DNA of 64,000 nucleotides from Balanoglossus misakiensis. Lineage: Eukaryota; Animalia; Hemichordata. This document shows positions 1-11,535 of this stretch, in pieces (positions within the stretch are counted from its first letter, which is position 1; each line of letters begins with the position of its first letter). The translations under genes were made by a program, and so were the position numbers. Below the pieces are notes generated by a model. It was not told the origin of the DNA. It saw nothing but the letters and a program-made list of their open reading frames with translations, and made no database searches. Location of the stretch: assembly GCA_040954595.2 (NCBI GenBank), contig CM082580.2, positions 10,766,390-10,830,389 on the forward strand, given 5' to 3'.

Positions 1-2976
1 ACCCTGTTGTAGACAAGGGTGATTGTACAGCAATCTGTAGATATCATCGCACTCGGCGAAATTTGGTGCTTCGCCATCGCACGAACAGTTTTGGAAAGCC
101 TGTTGCGATGTTAATGTTTGATGGGCCGCTTGACAGGTCGCTATGTCAGTTATTGTGCATTCTCTCACTGTAAAAAAGACAGAAACACATCAGAGCTTTG
201 TGTGTGTGTGTGTGTCGTAATCCTGAATGAAAATTCCTTTTCGAAATATGCAAAACAGCCGTTTTCTGTGTTCTAATTTTGAAAATTATTATTGATTTCC
301 GATGTCCTTGACAGTACGATGTCTTCCAAGTTGTTTGTTTGGATTTCCATTGATTTATAGCATAACGAGCAATCAACCCTTCATTATGATGTTGCGCATG
401 CCCGCCAGTCATTCACCTTGTGAATCGTAAACGGTCACTGGGGTCCATAACCTTTATGTGAATTATTCATTTTGCCCGAAACCGGTCGTAATGCCAGTAG
501 TTTATAGCATTTTAATGGAAATAAAAAAACACCAAAAAATTTATCATGCTGTATGCTCATGAACAACAACAGTAAATTCTGTATCACTTTGCATCCCAAG
601 TCGTTCGTCAATCAACCGCTGTATCTTTCGATATCATTTGCGATCATTCGACAACGAAACTCATCCTGACGCCATCTTTTGATCACGTGACCCTCACCTG
701 ACTCGCCACACAGATGTGAGATGTCCATGTACAGAAATATTGTTCTACATGTCAGATCCAGCTTGCAAACTTCCTTGGCGTCTAGGCAGCTGACGAAGCC
801 TTCACACACCGCGCCACAACAAAGAATTGTCGAGACTGTAGAAAAAAGAAATATGCACACAACATTAGGCCTATATCACAGTTCAAATTTCAATCGCGTT
901 TCGGTCACCAAATTTCAGTCTTACCAAACAAGACACAAGCGCATCATGATCAGATTAAGCTTACAACGTGCTTTGTTTTGTGCTGCTTTATTTTCTCAAT
1001 GTCAATGTCACCTTGACCTTTCATGCACGTTTTACTGGAATATATACGTTTTTGTTTCAGTACTCAGACAAGCACATTACTCGTTCGAACCACTCTTTGA
1101 ATTAAGTAAGTCAATATTTGTTTAATACATTATATTTGCCCTCTTTTTGGCTTCTCCTGAGACTTGGCCTATTATTTAGTTCTACAATTCAACCCGTGCG
1201 TCGATAAACCTATAATATTCCGTTGGCATAATTTCGTGCATAGGCCTATACGCTAAATCATCATTCGTGTATTTGTACGCTGCTACGCCTACGCACAGGT
1301 TTAGTCAACATCTGACAATCCCAGTTTTGAAATAAAATGCTGGCAATTATGGTCATTAAATGAAAGAAAAATAAATCGCCGATGCTACTGTATAACAACG
1401 GGGCCTGTTCATGTTTACCTGCTCTAACCCACATACACATCTGCCTCACGATCACACTTATTGCCTTCATTTATATTTAGATCTTTATTAAAGTCCCAAT
1501 AGCTGTCTTTTTGTATTTTTAATATGTTGGTTTGAAATCAAAATCTTTTGTAAAAAAGACTTACCGAAGTGTGACCACTGGCATTTTTTCAGATACTGAC
1601 GATGAACATACGACTTAGATTTTAACAAATCAATAATTTAAAACTTGCCTCAGTCCATCACTGAGGAATAATAACGTTTTCAAATGCAACGTGGCTTAGA
1701 AATAATATTGAAATCGAAAACAAATCTCCGAAGATTATATTGTGTTTTTGGCAAGCAAATTACAAATCGGCTACGGCTGTTAAATGTCATGGAAGACATG
1801 GCGTACACAGGATTATGGACATCGTGGGGAACGATAAGCTTTAATAAAATATCACGATTTTCCTTCCTGAAGTTTTAAGTTTGTATGATCATAAGACCAT
1901 GAATGCTACGGATTATTATTGGACTCCGTCGTGGATATGTAGGGCGACAGAATTACAATACAAACTACAGTCGACCATTTCAGAATCAGGGTAAAGCCAC
2001 AAGGCGGTATTGATATCCTATTTCGTCGTGTTGTATTATAATGTACATTTCTAGGTCGAGTCATCTTTAATCTCGCTGAAGGGATTCATGATCATATAAC
2101 AGGGTATCCACAAATACAGAGACATAGTTTTCGCTTCACTCGGAGACTTTACAGGATGAACAATAGTCTTGAATAGTTGATGGCCATTACATAAACTGGC
2201 GATGAGTTGATGAGTAGATTTTGTTCGTGGTGTTTGAAATAAACACGCCAAGCGTTTGCCATCTGCCGTAGGAGAGTTATTATCGTTAGAATAGTTGCAT
2301 GGGAGCTATGGCACCCTAAATCCTCGCTCGCATTCATTCAAGTGTCGAGTTCACACACAACTTACAAATGAGGATGTCGACCAAAGCACGTACATTGCAC
2401 GTGCGCATAGGCGGACCATTTTCTCGGTTTTGTTTTAAATCGTCCACGCGATTTCTTCGAAGCAGTTATCAGGGACACAGCTCGAGTCCTCGGCGTGCGT
2501 CGTTTTTATTACTCGACCTATTAGACCTTATTATCTGTAGACCTTGAGCACTTCTCACTTCCGATCGCCAACAAGAGAGGTCTCAAGACACCAAAGACGC
2601 ACGATATCTTACAACCCACACATGCGGATTATGTCAACGTAGGCTACGATTTCAAACTCACTCCTATTATATTCTCAGTGTTGATAACTTCACTTCTCTT
2701 GTGAACAAATGATGCTGACCATTGCTCTTTTAGATATGTTTCTGTCTACAACAAATACAGTACTGCTTAAATCTATGTGATGATTTTTGATTAAAAATAT
2801 AAATGGTATCGTTCGGGGGTATCGCATATAGAGCCGCATTGGCGAAAATGTCACACAATTAGCACTTTTACCACGAACACCCTAGTGCCTATTTAGTTCA
2901 ATTTTATCCAACCTACCTGACAAAATTCAAAAAAGATCGGCTACTTACCTACGATAAGACATATATTAGATACCAT
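1..2976 (-). CDS. GDNF family receptor alpha-like (GFRa/GAS1 cysteine-rich domain) protein, 5' part; gene continues beyond window start
   Basis: Three phase-1-compatible GT-AG exons: 2976-2949 (gtcATGG start, MVSNICLIV, donor gtaagt), 835-698 (VSTILCCGAVCEG FVSCLDAKEVCKLDLTCRTIFLYMDISHLCGES, donor gtgagg), 167-~3 (VRECTITDIATCQAAHQTLTSQQAFQNCSCDGEAPNFAECDDIYRLLYNHPCLQQ). Joined product is a signal peptide plus one domain with the Cys spacing of GFRa repeats (CLxAxxxC...C, CxC, terminal HPC for NPC). Confidence 0.82.
198..214. repeat. (TG)n microsatellite in GFRa-like intron
   Basis: tgtgtgtgtgtgtgtg run visible. Confidence 0.85.
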
Positions 2977-2983
2977 GACGTCC

Positions 2984-3016
<33 letters not shown>

Positions 3017-3060
3017 CGTCGTTGTTGCTGCTGGTGGTAGTGGTGGTAGTGGTGTTGGTA
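2984..3060. repeat. Compound trinucleotide microsatellite (GTT/GTC/GCT/GGT)n, directly 5' of the GFRa-like ATG on the minus strand
   Basis: gttgttgttgtt...gtcgtc...gctgctg gtggtagtggtggtag. Confidence 0.9.
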
Positions 3061-4683
3061 CCGTTGCTGTTCAGACCTTCGCCGTTTAATTCGGAAACGA
3101 ACTGTCGCGTTGGCAAGCACACTGGTGAACAGACCGGCCTGTTCGATGTAGAAAGAGCTTACTGTAGTTAATAGTTAGCTAGGTTGACTCAAATGACTAC
3201 AGCCGCCGAGAAACCAATCATTTTTATGACTCCCGTCGTGTGCCGACTACATCCGGTCACGGGCATTCTTGGAAGGTCCCGGTGTGGGCTCGATCGGCTC
3301 AACCCACAAAGTCAAATGTAGAAGTGGATGTTGGCGACGCTCAACAATAGCCTAGGGGAAGATACACCCCTACATTGGCGTGGAAGTGAATTTGCACAAA
3401 CCGAGCTGCTTCTCTTGTCTTGGGTTTCTGTGACGCAAACTAAGAACTGATGAGATACAACTTTGAAACATGTCAGAAAAATGCAGCCTCTGCGACACTG
3501 AGTATATAGCGTTTCTGTTAGCACGGTGTCAGCTATGACGTCGTAAAACTTTCATGGTATCAGCCAATGAATAATCCCCTGTCTGTGTAGACCGCCATTT
3601 GTCACTAACAGCGTGTCAAGGAAAGTGTCGGTCGTTAAGACGACCAGACGCCACCTTTTTATTATCGACTTTCCCTTTGCAAGCTAAACAATAAATTTTC
3701 TAACGAGTTTATCCACTTTTAGATACATAAAATCCTGTTGAAATTTGAAGGTGTCCTTTTGCGTCAAAAGACCTCTTTAGTAAGCTGGCGAGAAATCAAA
3801 TACCACTAGCTCCAGATATGAACTAAATGCGCTCCCGTGTTTTAAAAAACATACACATGGGAAAATATGCAAATTAGCAATAAATTGTAACGTTGTGGGT
3901 CACTGCCGAACCTGAAGCATGTTGCGTCATTATAGGACAATTTGTTTTTGATATATGGCTCATCTTTGGTAGATCCTTACACATTGCATGTTTCGTCAAG
4001 TTTGGTGCAGTAATTTCAGAAATATAAGCACCAATTACAATAATTCATTATAGGCCCTATATGCAAATTGGTATTAGTATATTATTGATATTAGTATATT
4101 ATTGAGATATCGATGACATAGTAGGCATGCGCGGACAGACATTACCAATTTGTGTAAATTTAAATGTGTGCAATCACCTATACAAATGTTACCACGCGAA
4201 AACAGTACAATCGCTTACTAGCCATAGGTACAAGGTGTTAATACCAGATGGTGAATGTAAAATATACTTCGTTTTAATACAGCAAAGAAACCTTGAGCTT
4301 TGAACTGTGTTGTGAGTTCTCACAGTAGCTTCAGGTGTTTGTGACATTGATTTAGGGAAGTACATGTTGGATTGTTGGATTTATTGCTGGCGATAAAAGT
4401 AGCGAGAGGGAATGCAAACAGCAATGTGTATGTTGAAATAAAAACGGCTAGCTGCTTCTAGGAAACATTGTGGTAAACAAAATAATTGCAATTCTGTCGT
4501 CATTCTTTCTGTGTGTTCATTGACAATTCGAGCATGACACATTTTAACTTAAACTAATTCTCACCTGTTGTATTGATTTTGATATTTCAACAAGTTATTT
4601 ACGTAAATTAATGCAGCAAACATCCATTAATTATCTCAAGGTTGCCCTCAAGGATTCGACCATTTTCATCAACTTGATTTGCA

Positions 4684-4812
4684 CTCACTCACTCACAGAC
4701 AGGCAGACGAACGGACGGACAGACAGACTAGTAGGCAGGCAAACAAGCAGTCACTGTCAGACAGACAGGCAGACTGATCAGACTGACTCACTCACTTGAC
4801 TCACTCACTGAC
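4684..4812. repeat. Degenerate tetranucleotide microsatellite (CACT/CAGA/CAGG)n
   Basis: cactcactc...cagacaggcagacgaacggacggacagacagac...gactcactcac. Confidence 0.75.
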
Positions 4813-7800
4813 AGGAACAAAACATGCGTACAAAATGCCTGGTTCATTGTATAGACCCACACAGCAATACTTTAACACAACCCCGGGGGCTGGTGTTGCT
4901 AGCATTATCTGTTTTGTCTTTGTGCGCACTCCCCCTGTAGTCACTTCGTGACAAATGTATCGTTCCGCAACACATCGCGCAGTCGTGACTGCAAAATCCA
5001 GCGAGGTTTCGTATTTCACGCAAAATAGACCCGTGCCGTTATTGATTGCTTTTTAAAACCGGAAATTGTCAGCTGATCCCAGAAAATGAAAACAAGTTCG
5101 AATGTTACGAGCAGGTATTACAAGCTATCATAACTTAATCAGTCGTCATTAGCGACTCCACTGAAGTTGATCCTAACGGTATCTCGCTCGCACCTGACAA
5201 ATAAAAAAGTATACATGTAATCTTCGGTATTCGGCTTTGAGTATTTCGACACTAAAATGAATGAAGTTTAGACGCTCGCTTTCTTCCACGTTCACTTATG
5301 TTTGTTTGTGCCTGGACAGAGTTAGCGCTTGGTTGGAGAGGAGCCTAGTTTACAGCAAGGTCAGCAGGGTCAGAAGGCAATATCGAGAATGCAGTTGAAA
5401 TAATGGGGGACCTGTAACGTCGTAAATTGGACGGCGCACGCGGGAGAACTGCGTGTCTGTCAGATGGAGCCAAACACCTTCTGGGCAGGGGTGAAATGCG
5501 TATAATTTTATATCACCTGCTCCCAGATAATGATCCGTTTTCCTTGTTATCGCACACATCAATCAGTATTCGCAGGCAATATTATTGCTTAATAAATCTC
5601 CATTGTCGACAGCTAGACGGAGAGAATGCTGTTACGGTGGCGACTGAATACACGACTGCCGAATCGATCGACGATTTGTTTAAACTGTGCGTTATTCTGT
5701 AGCCAGGTCGGTAATACGGGCTGTTTCCTCCCTGAAGCGATCTCGCATGGAAATAATCATAGAGCCGTAACTACATTAATCTGTACAATTCCAAGCAATA
5801 AGGCGCTGCACTGATCAAACGAATGCCCTCTGGGGCGAAGAATTTCTAATACCATTTTGCAATTTTGAATAAAACGACAGCAATGAATCATTATTCAATC
5901 ACACAAAACTTGGGTACTGAATGACAATGTAGCTAAAATGTTGATTGACAACCTGCCTGTGTGAGGGCTTATATTTCGACCTTGAATGGTAACTATACAC
6001 GTAGCTGACGAGGAACGACTATCGAAATTCGACAACAGCGTAAAAAAAAAAGCATTACCATGCACTTCCTGTTACGTCGGCGATACCTCGGCACAATCTC
6101 TGCACCGTGACCATCCCCCGTGTCAGTCGTCGCATGCAGAGCTATCGAGTTAAGACAAAGTGAATTGGCGTCATTTAGAAGGTTACGGCTTGTTTTTAAA
6201 TCGCAGATACAGTGCACTCAACTCAACAACAGAATACTGGCGACTTCTTGAAACAAATACTAGTACCTCTCCGTATGGCGATGTGTTCGGTCACGTATAA
6301 CGTGGGATCGATTCTCCTGCGCTGCTCTCCTGACAGTGCGTGCATGCAATCGCACAGGAAATACATGGGCAGACGACAGTCCACGCACGTGTCAACAACG
6401 TCATCCAAGGTGGGTAGAAGAAAACCTGACCGATTCGTGGAAGATGAAGGTGATGATCGGACTGATGTCAGTCAGTCAGTCACGACGAGAGGATACACCA
6501 CCTACTAGAGACACACATCGACCACTTGTGTATACCTGCAGAGACGCACTTGAATGACAAGAACAGTTCTCTCGACTACAGCGGGTCATCATAACCAATC
6601 CTTAGTGGTTCTCTTTGACCTTTAAGACAGAAAACAACCGAGGGGATTTACTAAAGACCCAGTAGACATGCAGAGATTATTTGCCAATCTCTTGAGAATC
6701 ACGCAAGGCAGCCACAATATCCCTACACTTTTAATTTTGTTCACCTGTAATCTTATCTTTTAAGCGATTTTTTTTCTTGTGTGTCCTAACAAAAAGACTT
6801 CAATCACCTTAGAGTCGGGGTTCTGCAATTTATTTGATTTTTGTCATATATACAAAGGGCCAGTGACTTTCGAATTTCTCGTTCTACTTCCCAAGCGCTT
6901 TAAATCGCCTTATTTCTGACTTATCAGACTATGTCTGTCGACGCTAATCACAACAAATAATGGGAAATCTTCAGTCGTATGAACCGGTCCTCGAAGTAAC
7001 AAACAAGTTCCGCTGAACGCTGATAATTATAAAAAAAACTTTCATTACCTTATTAATCATTTTGTTTATTAATCTTCGCTTTACAGCTTCATATCATACG
7101 TGATTAATGAACTAGGGGTATTAATGGTTTCTTTCCATTGTTTCTTGTTTCGTTTCCTCTGAAGGACCAACGCATTAAAAGGAAGTCTCATCCTAAGGCA
7201 ACTCTTATTGATTTTGCGAGCGCGCGCACATACACACTCAAATACTACCCGACTTGCTTGCGTCAGTTGGTAATACTCTGATGACGGCAAATCTGTTCAT
7301 TAATTGATACCGCACAACGTACAGTTTCTACAATTGGCTAAGTCGTCCTTAGCATGTATTTTCCCCTGAATAGCATTCCCGTTTTCTTATCGCCGTGACA
7401 TATAAATAAAACGAGACTTCTCGACAGAATGTGCGTCTTTATAACGTAACAGCTATAGACGTACTTGAGGATGAGAAAAAAATAACTAAGTACAATGCAT
7501 CTAGTTATATCCAATCCGTTGAGATAGTATTACCGGTCGCCCATGGCAACCGTGACGACTTGTGCTTTTGACAAACAACCCCGAGACTATTTTTCGAACA
7601 TTTGCAGTGACATTTAGATTACAATTTCGCGGCACAAACATTCTATTATTCCGTTCTTTTGCATATCGTGTTACGAAGTAACTACAATTACGGATGTGAA
7701 ACATTTTTTTGTACTCGGCCTGACAGGTTTCGCAACGATTCGTTGCTGCGACGTTTCCCAATTTCTTTCTATAATCTCCTCCAACACAGCACGAAAGATA

Positions 7801-10800
7801 CGACAGGTTTATCGCACAAAATATTCCGTGAGTTTCATTACAGCTTCCCCACCAATGGAGGCGAATTTTAAAGTCATTTAGTACTTCATTACGGGCCTTT
7901 TGAGGTGACATCCGGGGAAGTAATTACACATGCCCACCAGGTGCCAACCTCGCAGGAGTGATAACTTCCGGTAAGCAAGTTGCAGACTTCCTGTGGGCCG
8001 GTTGTAGACTTCCAGTGGGTAGCAGTAGGCTTCCTGTAGGCTGCCTTGCTTATGGACTTCCAAATATAAATGAGTAGTAAGTCGTCCAATTTTATCAGCC
8101 TGGAAGCTTCTGACTGCATGAAGTAGGGTTTTTGCTCAAGTATTTAATATTTCAAGTATTATTACTGGTTACACGCATAGGCCTACACGCATATCTTATG
8201 CTGACTTCCCGCATGGCCCAGATCAATGTATTTTCTGAACGCGAGGGAAAGTCTACGGTAAGATATCGACATTTAATTTCCAGGAACCTATTCCGCTACG
8301 CTCTGTTCGTGATGCTATTAGATTTCAGTGTTGATTGAGTTGGTTGGACCTTTTGTTTCCACGGATCGATCACAGCCCACGATGTGTTTGATCAACAGAT
8401 TTCAAGATCTAACCAGGTCGTGCAGTTTCCTTGGTTCAATAAGTTACCACCCAAGAGGTTTGTCCTCAAGAGATTGTAAACAGTGGCAATGATATAGACT
8501 GATTGGACGGGCCTCTCAAATTGGCATGTATCGTGATCGGCCTAATACAAGTTAGCTACAGAAACGGGAGAGGAGTTTCAAAACCCAAGACGGAAACAAC
8601 AACGGCTATGTGAACACACACCCCCGTCAAGTTTGTCATTCCTGCAGGTCAAGACAATCTACTTCAGGATTGGCATGTCTGTTCTGTTCTGTTCCACAAT
8701 GCTTTGCACGTGTCACGGAACAACATTGCAGTTTTCATTTTTTAATACAAACCTGACACGCCATAGAGTAATATGAATGTCTAGATATGACAATTATCCA
8801 TAGTTAACTAAGGATTTACTGGTAATCACGATACAGTGCCTCGCGACCTAGTTTATGTGTATGATCACACGGACTAAAATTGCTGTCACTCGAAACAGTT
8901 CAGCACGGGCTCGATAAAATGAAATTCAACGCTCAGGCCGACTTCATGAGTGATGAGCTCATGATTATCTGTTTCAAGTATATTGTCACCATTGCTTTTA
9001 GAGGGAAATGGAATATCTCGTGAAAAAGGTACAGGTTATCTAAACCCTCTGAAGACTAGTCCTTGGCGATTTATACGATCAAGCCGAATGGCTTTAGCGG
9101 CAAGTACAGTGACGTCGTTGAAGCTTTACGTAGCATCATGACGGCAACTTCCTGGAATAAGCTAGTGAGAATTTTGAATCAATTAATAAGTCACGTGATT
9201 GGTTCGTGTTCAGTGCGTTCGTACTCGTCGTAGAATATGTGACGGACGATTAATGACTGGAATATAATGCTCTGATGATGTCATCAACAGTGATCAAGAT
9301 GAAGACTGTACTTAAATAACAAAAAGTCCCTTTCCGTCGAATCTTGGCGGTAGGATCTCGTACCTTCATAAGTTATCCTGGCAACGTATCAAGAACGTTA
9401 TTAATTTCAGCGACGCGTCCAAGACGCGCGGCATTTGACATTTCGCAAAGTAATCCCTCGCCGTTGACAAAGTACGCTTACATTTAGTATTTTACTCACG
9501 ATAAGTAACAAGTATTGACCGGCTCTCATTGCTTCCTTCCTCGTTTTAAATGGTTCTGCGTTGCCGCTCCGCACTACAGCGCTATATGTGTGTGACTCGT
9601 TTTAGCAGTCCAGGTTCACTACCAGGAGGATTGGTGTACCGGAAGCGGAAATGTTCTGCCGCACAACCCTAATGGACGGCAATGGCATTTAATCAAAGTT
9701 GCAAAAATTACAAAAACATCTCGATAGATCGTTCCATATACTTGACGCGCAACGTATAATATGAAGTCACGTGGTGGCGGTACGAACAAAAATATATGAC
9801 TACGCTTATTTGTGTATCACAATGAATTCTTTCTGGGGAGATTGTGTTTGTATGTTCGTTTTGCGTGTCTTTTTGTCTGTGAATTTGTTTTATAATGCGG
9901 CTGACACTATTATTCCGTACATTTTTATTCGCAAGAATCTATACATGTATACTGTACTTTCCGTTCGAAAATCATAATAATTTTTTTCCAACAGGACACT
10001 TCTCATTTATTCATTTTGAAGATTGGGACAAAATCTGTCCCGTGCAATAATTTGTTTTTGAACAGAAAGTAAAAATGAAATATTGAGCTGTTGACATTTG
10101 GTCTCTTATTCTTGATGATGTAAATAGGGCAGTACTAGGGTACTTAGTCTATATCGCCGACACATATACTAGGTCAATCTCGTAGTTGTCGATTTATCAT
10201 TATTACTTTCAAATCATATGTCACGGCGCTATAGCTTATCGTGTTAAGTGGTTGCAGAACGATTCGTATAACACACAAATTGACAGAGTCGCAGCAAACT
10301 TACCAAGACACACTCACAATTTCTCAATTCTTTGTCGTCACTGTAGTTTGACGGTAAAGGAAGTCGTATATTATTTGGGTTAAACCACTGGCGACATATA
10401 TCACAGCTTTCTGTGTGTAGGCTCTGGCCGCATCACCATGCCACCTGTGCTCTGTTACATGGTAATTTCAAAAATCAATGCTGTGTGGTAAAATGCGCCT
10501 GTTTAAAAATAACATTAGTTCTGATAATTTGAAATCGATAGCAGATTATCCGTAAGCTTATCCAGCAACGTGGCGCGATTTGCCGATTCGACGATCGCCC
10601 AAATGTTCATCAGTGTCACTATGATGTCATTTGGCGGGAATCTAAGGTCACTTACCTAGCAATTGGTCGTTCTCATAGGTGTCATAAGCGCGATGTGTAC
10701 GTCCGTCTCAAATGTAAACATTTTCACGGCAAGTTCCCGAATCTATTTCGCCACATTCCACGGAGGTACGGCAACATGAACAGCATCGACTTACCGCTAT

Positions 10801-11535
10801 CGCAGACTGGGAGCTGTGCTTTATGGTGACCTTTTACCTTTGGTGTTTTAGACTGCGCGCTGTGATTTCAGGAGGGATTTAGCACGTAGGTGAAAGCGTC
10901 AACATAACAAACTCGCAGAACATGGAAATGCGTAGCTTTGTATAGTAACAGTTGCGCACAGCTCTAGGCAATTACTGGGCGGAAGTGACGTCAGGGTGCC
11001 ACTGACGGTATATTAGCACTTTCGCGTGTGAAGAACAAACACTGAGTAGGCAATGCACACTTTGCCTAGTATTGATCCTGTGAAAACGCTGACAATAATA
11101 TAGAGGCAACAAACAACGAAGCGGGAATGAATTCAAGATTGTGTTTGTCAAAAAAATTACTCAAATTGCACTTGTGTATATGTGCATGGTCAGTGTAGAG
11201 AAGTACCGATAACCGACAAGAACAACCGGCCCTGAAACGTTTCTAGTTTGACCCAATGTGACCATGGCCCCCTCTGTGATTTTGTTAATCGGTCGTGTCA
11301 AGAAAATGTGCTTGAGAAAGGGAAGGACAGCCGATGCGTTTTCATTTATTTCAAAGACTCGATCTCATGATCATTCTCATTCAACTCGTGCAGTGACAAT
11401 TGAAATATTGTACGGGTCGGAGTACGGACGTCTTACTGTGCGAGGATACGCTCCAAAGTTACCATTTCAGCGCAGCGGGAACTCAGCTAAATCTTTGACG
11501 GTACACAACATCAAATCATGAACGTAAACGACCGA

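Noticed and set aside
1565-1595. Candidate minus-strand exon with ATG (MPVVTLR) and strong donor as GFRa-like first exon
   Set aside because: The ATG frame is phase 2, incompatible with the phase-1 acceptor at 835; the 2976-2949 exon completes the signal peptide properly
2986-3171. Hydrophobic 61-aa ORF resembling a signal/TM peptide
   Set aside because: Translation of the (GTT)n/(GGT)n microsatellite, no ATG
3780-4260. Possible dispersed non-autonomous repeat fragment (atatgcaaatt repeated, aagtttggtgcagtaatttc)
   Set aside because: No second copy, terminal repeats or TSD visible in the window; cannot be supported without a repeat library
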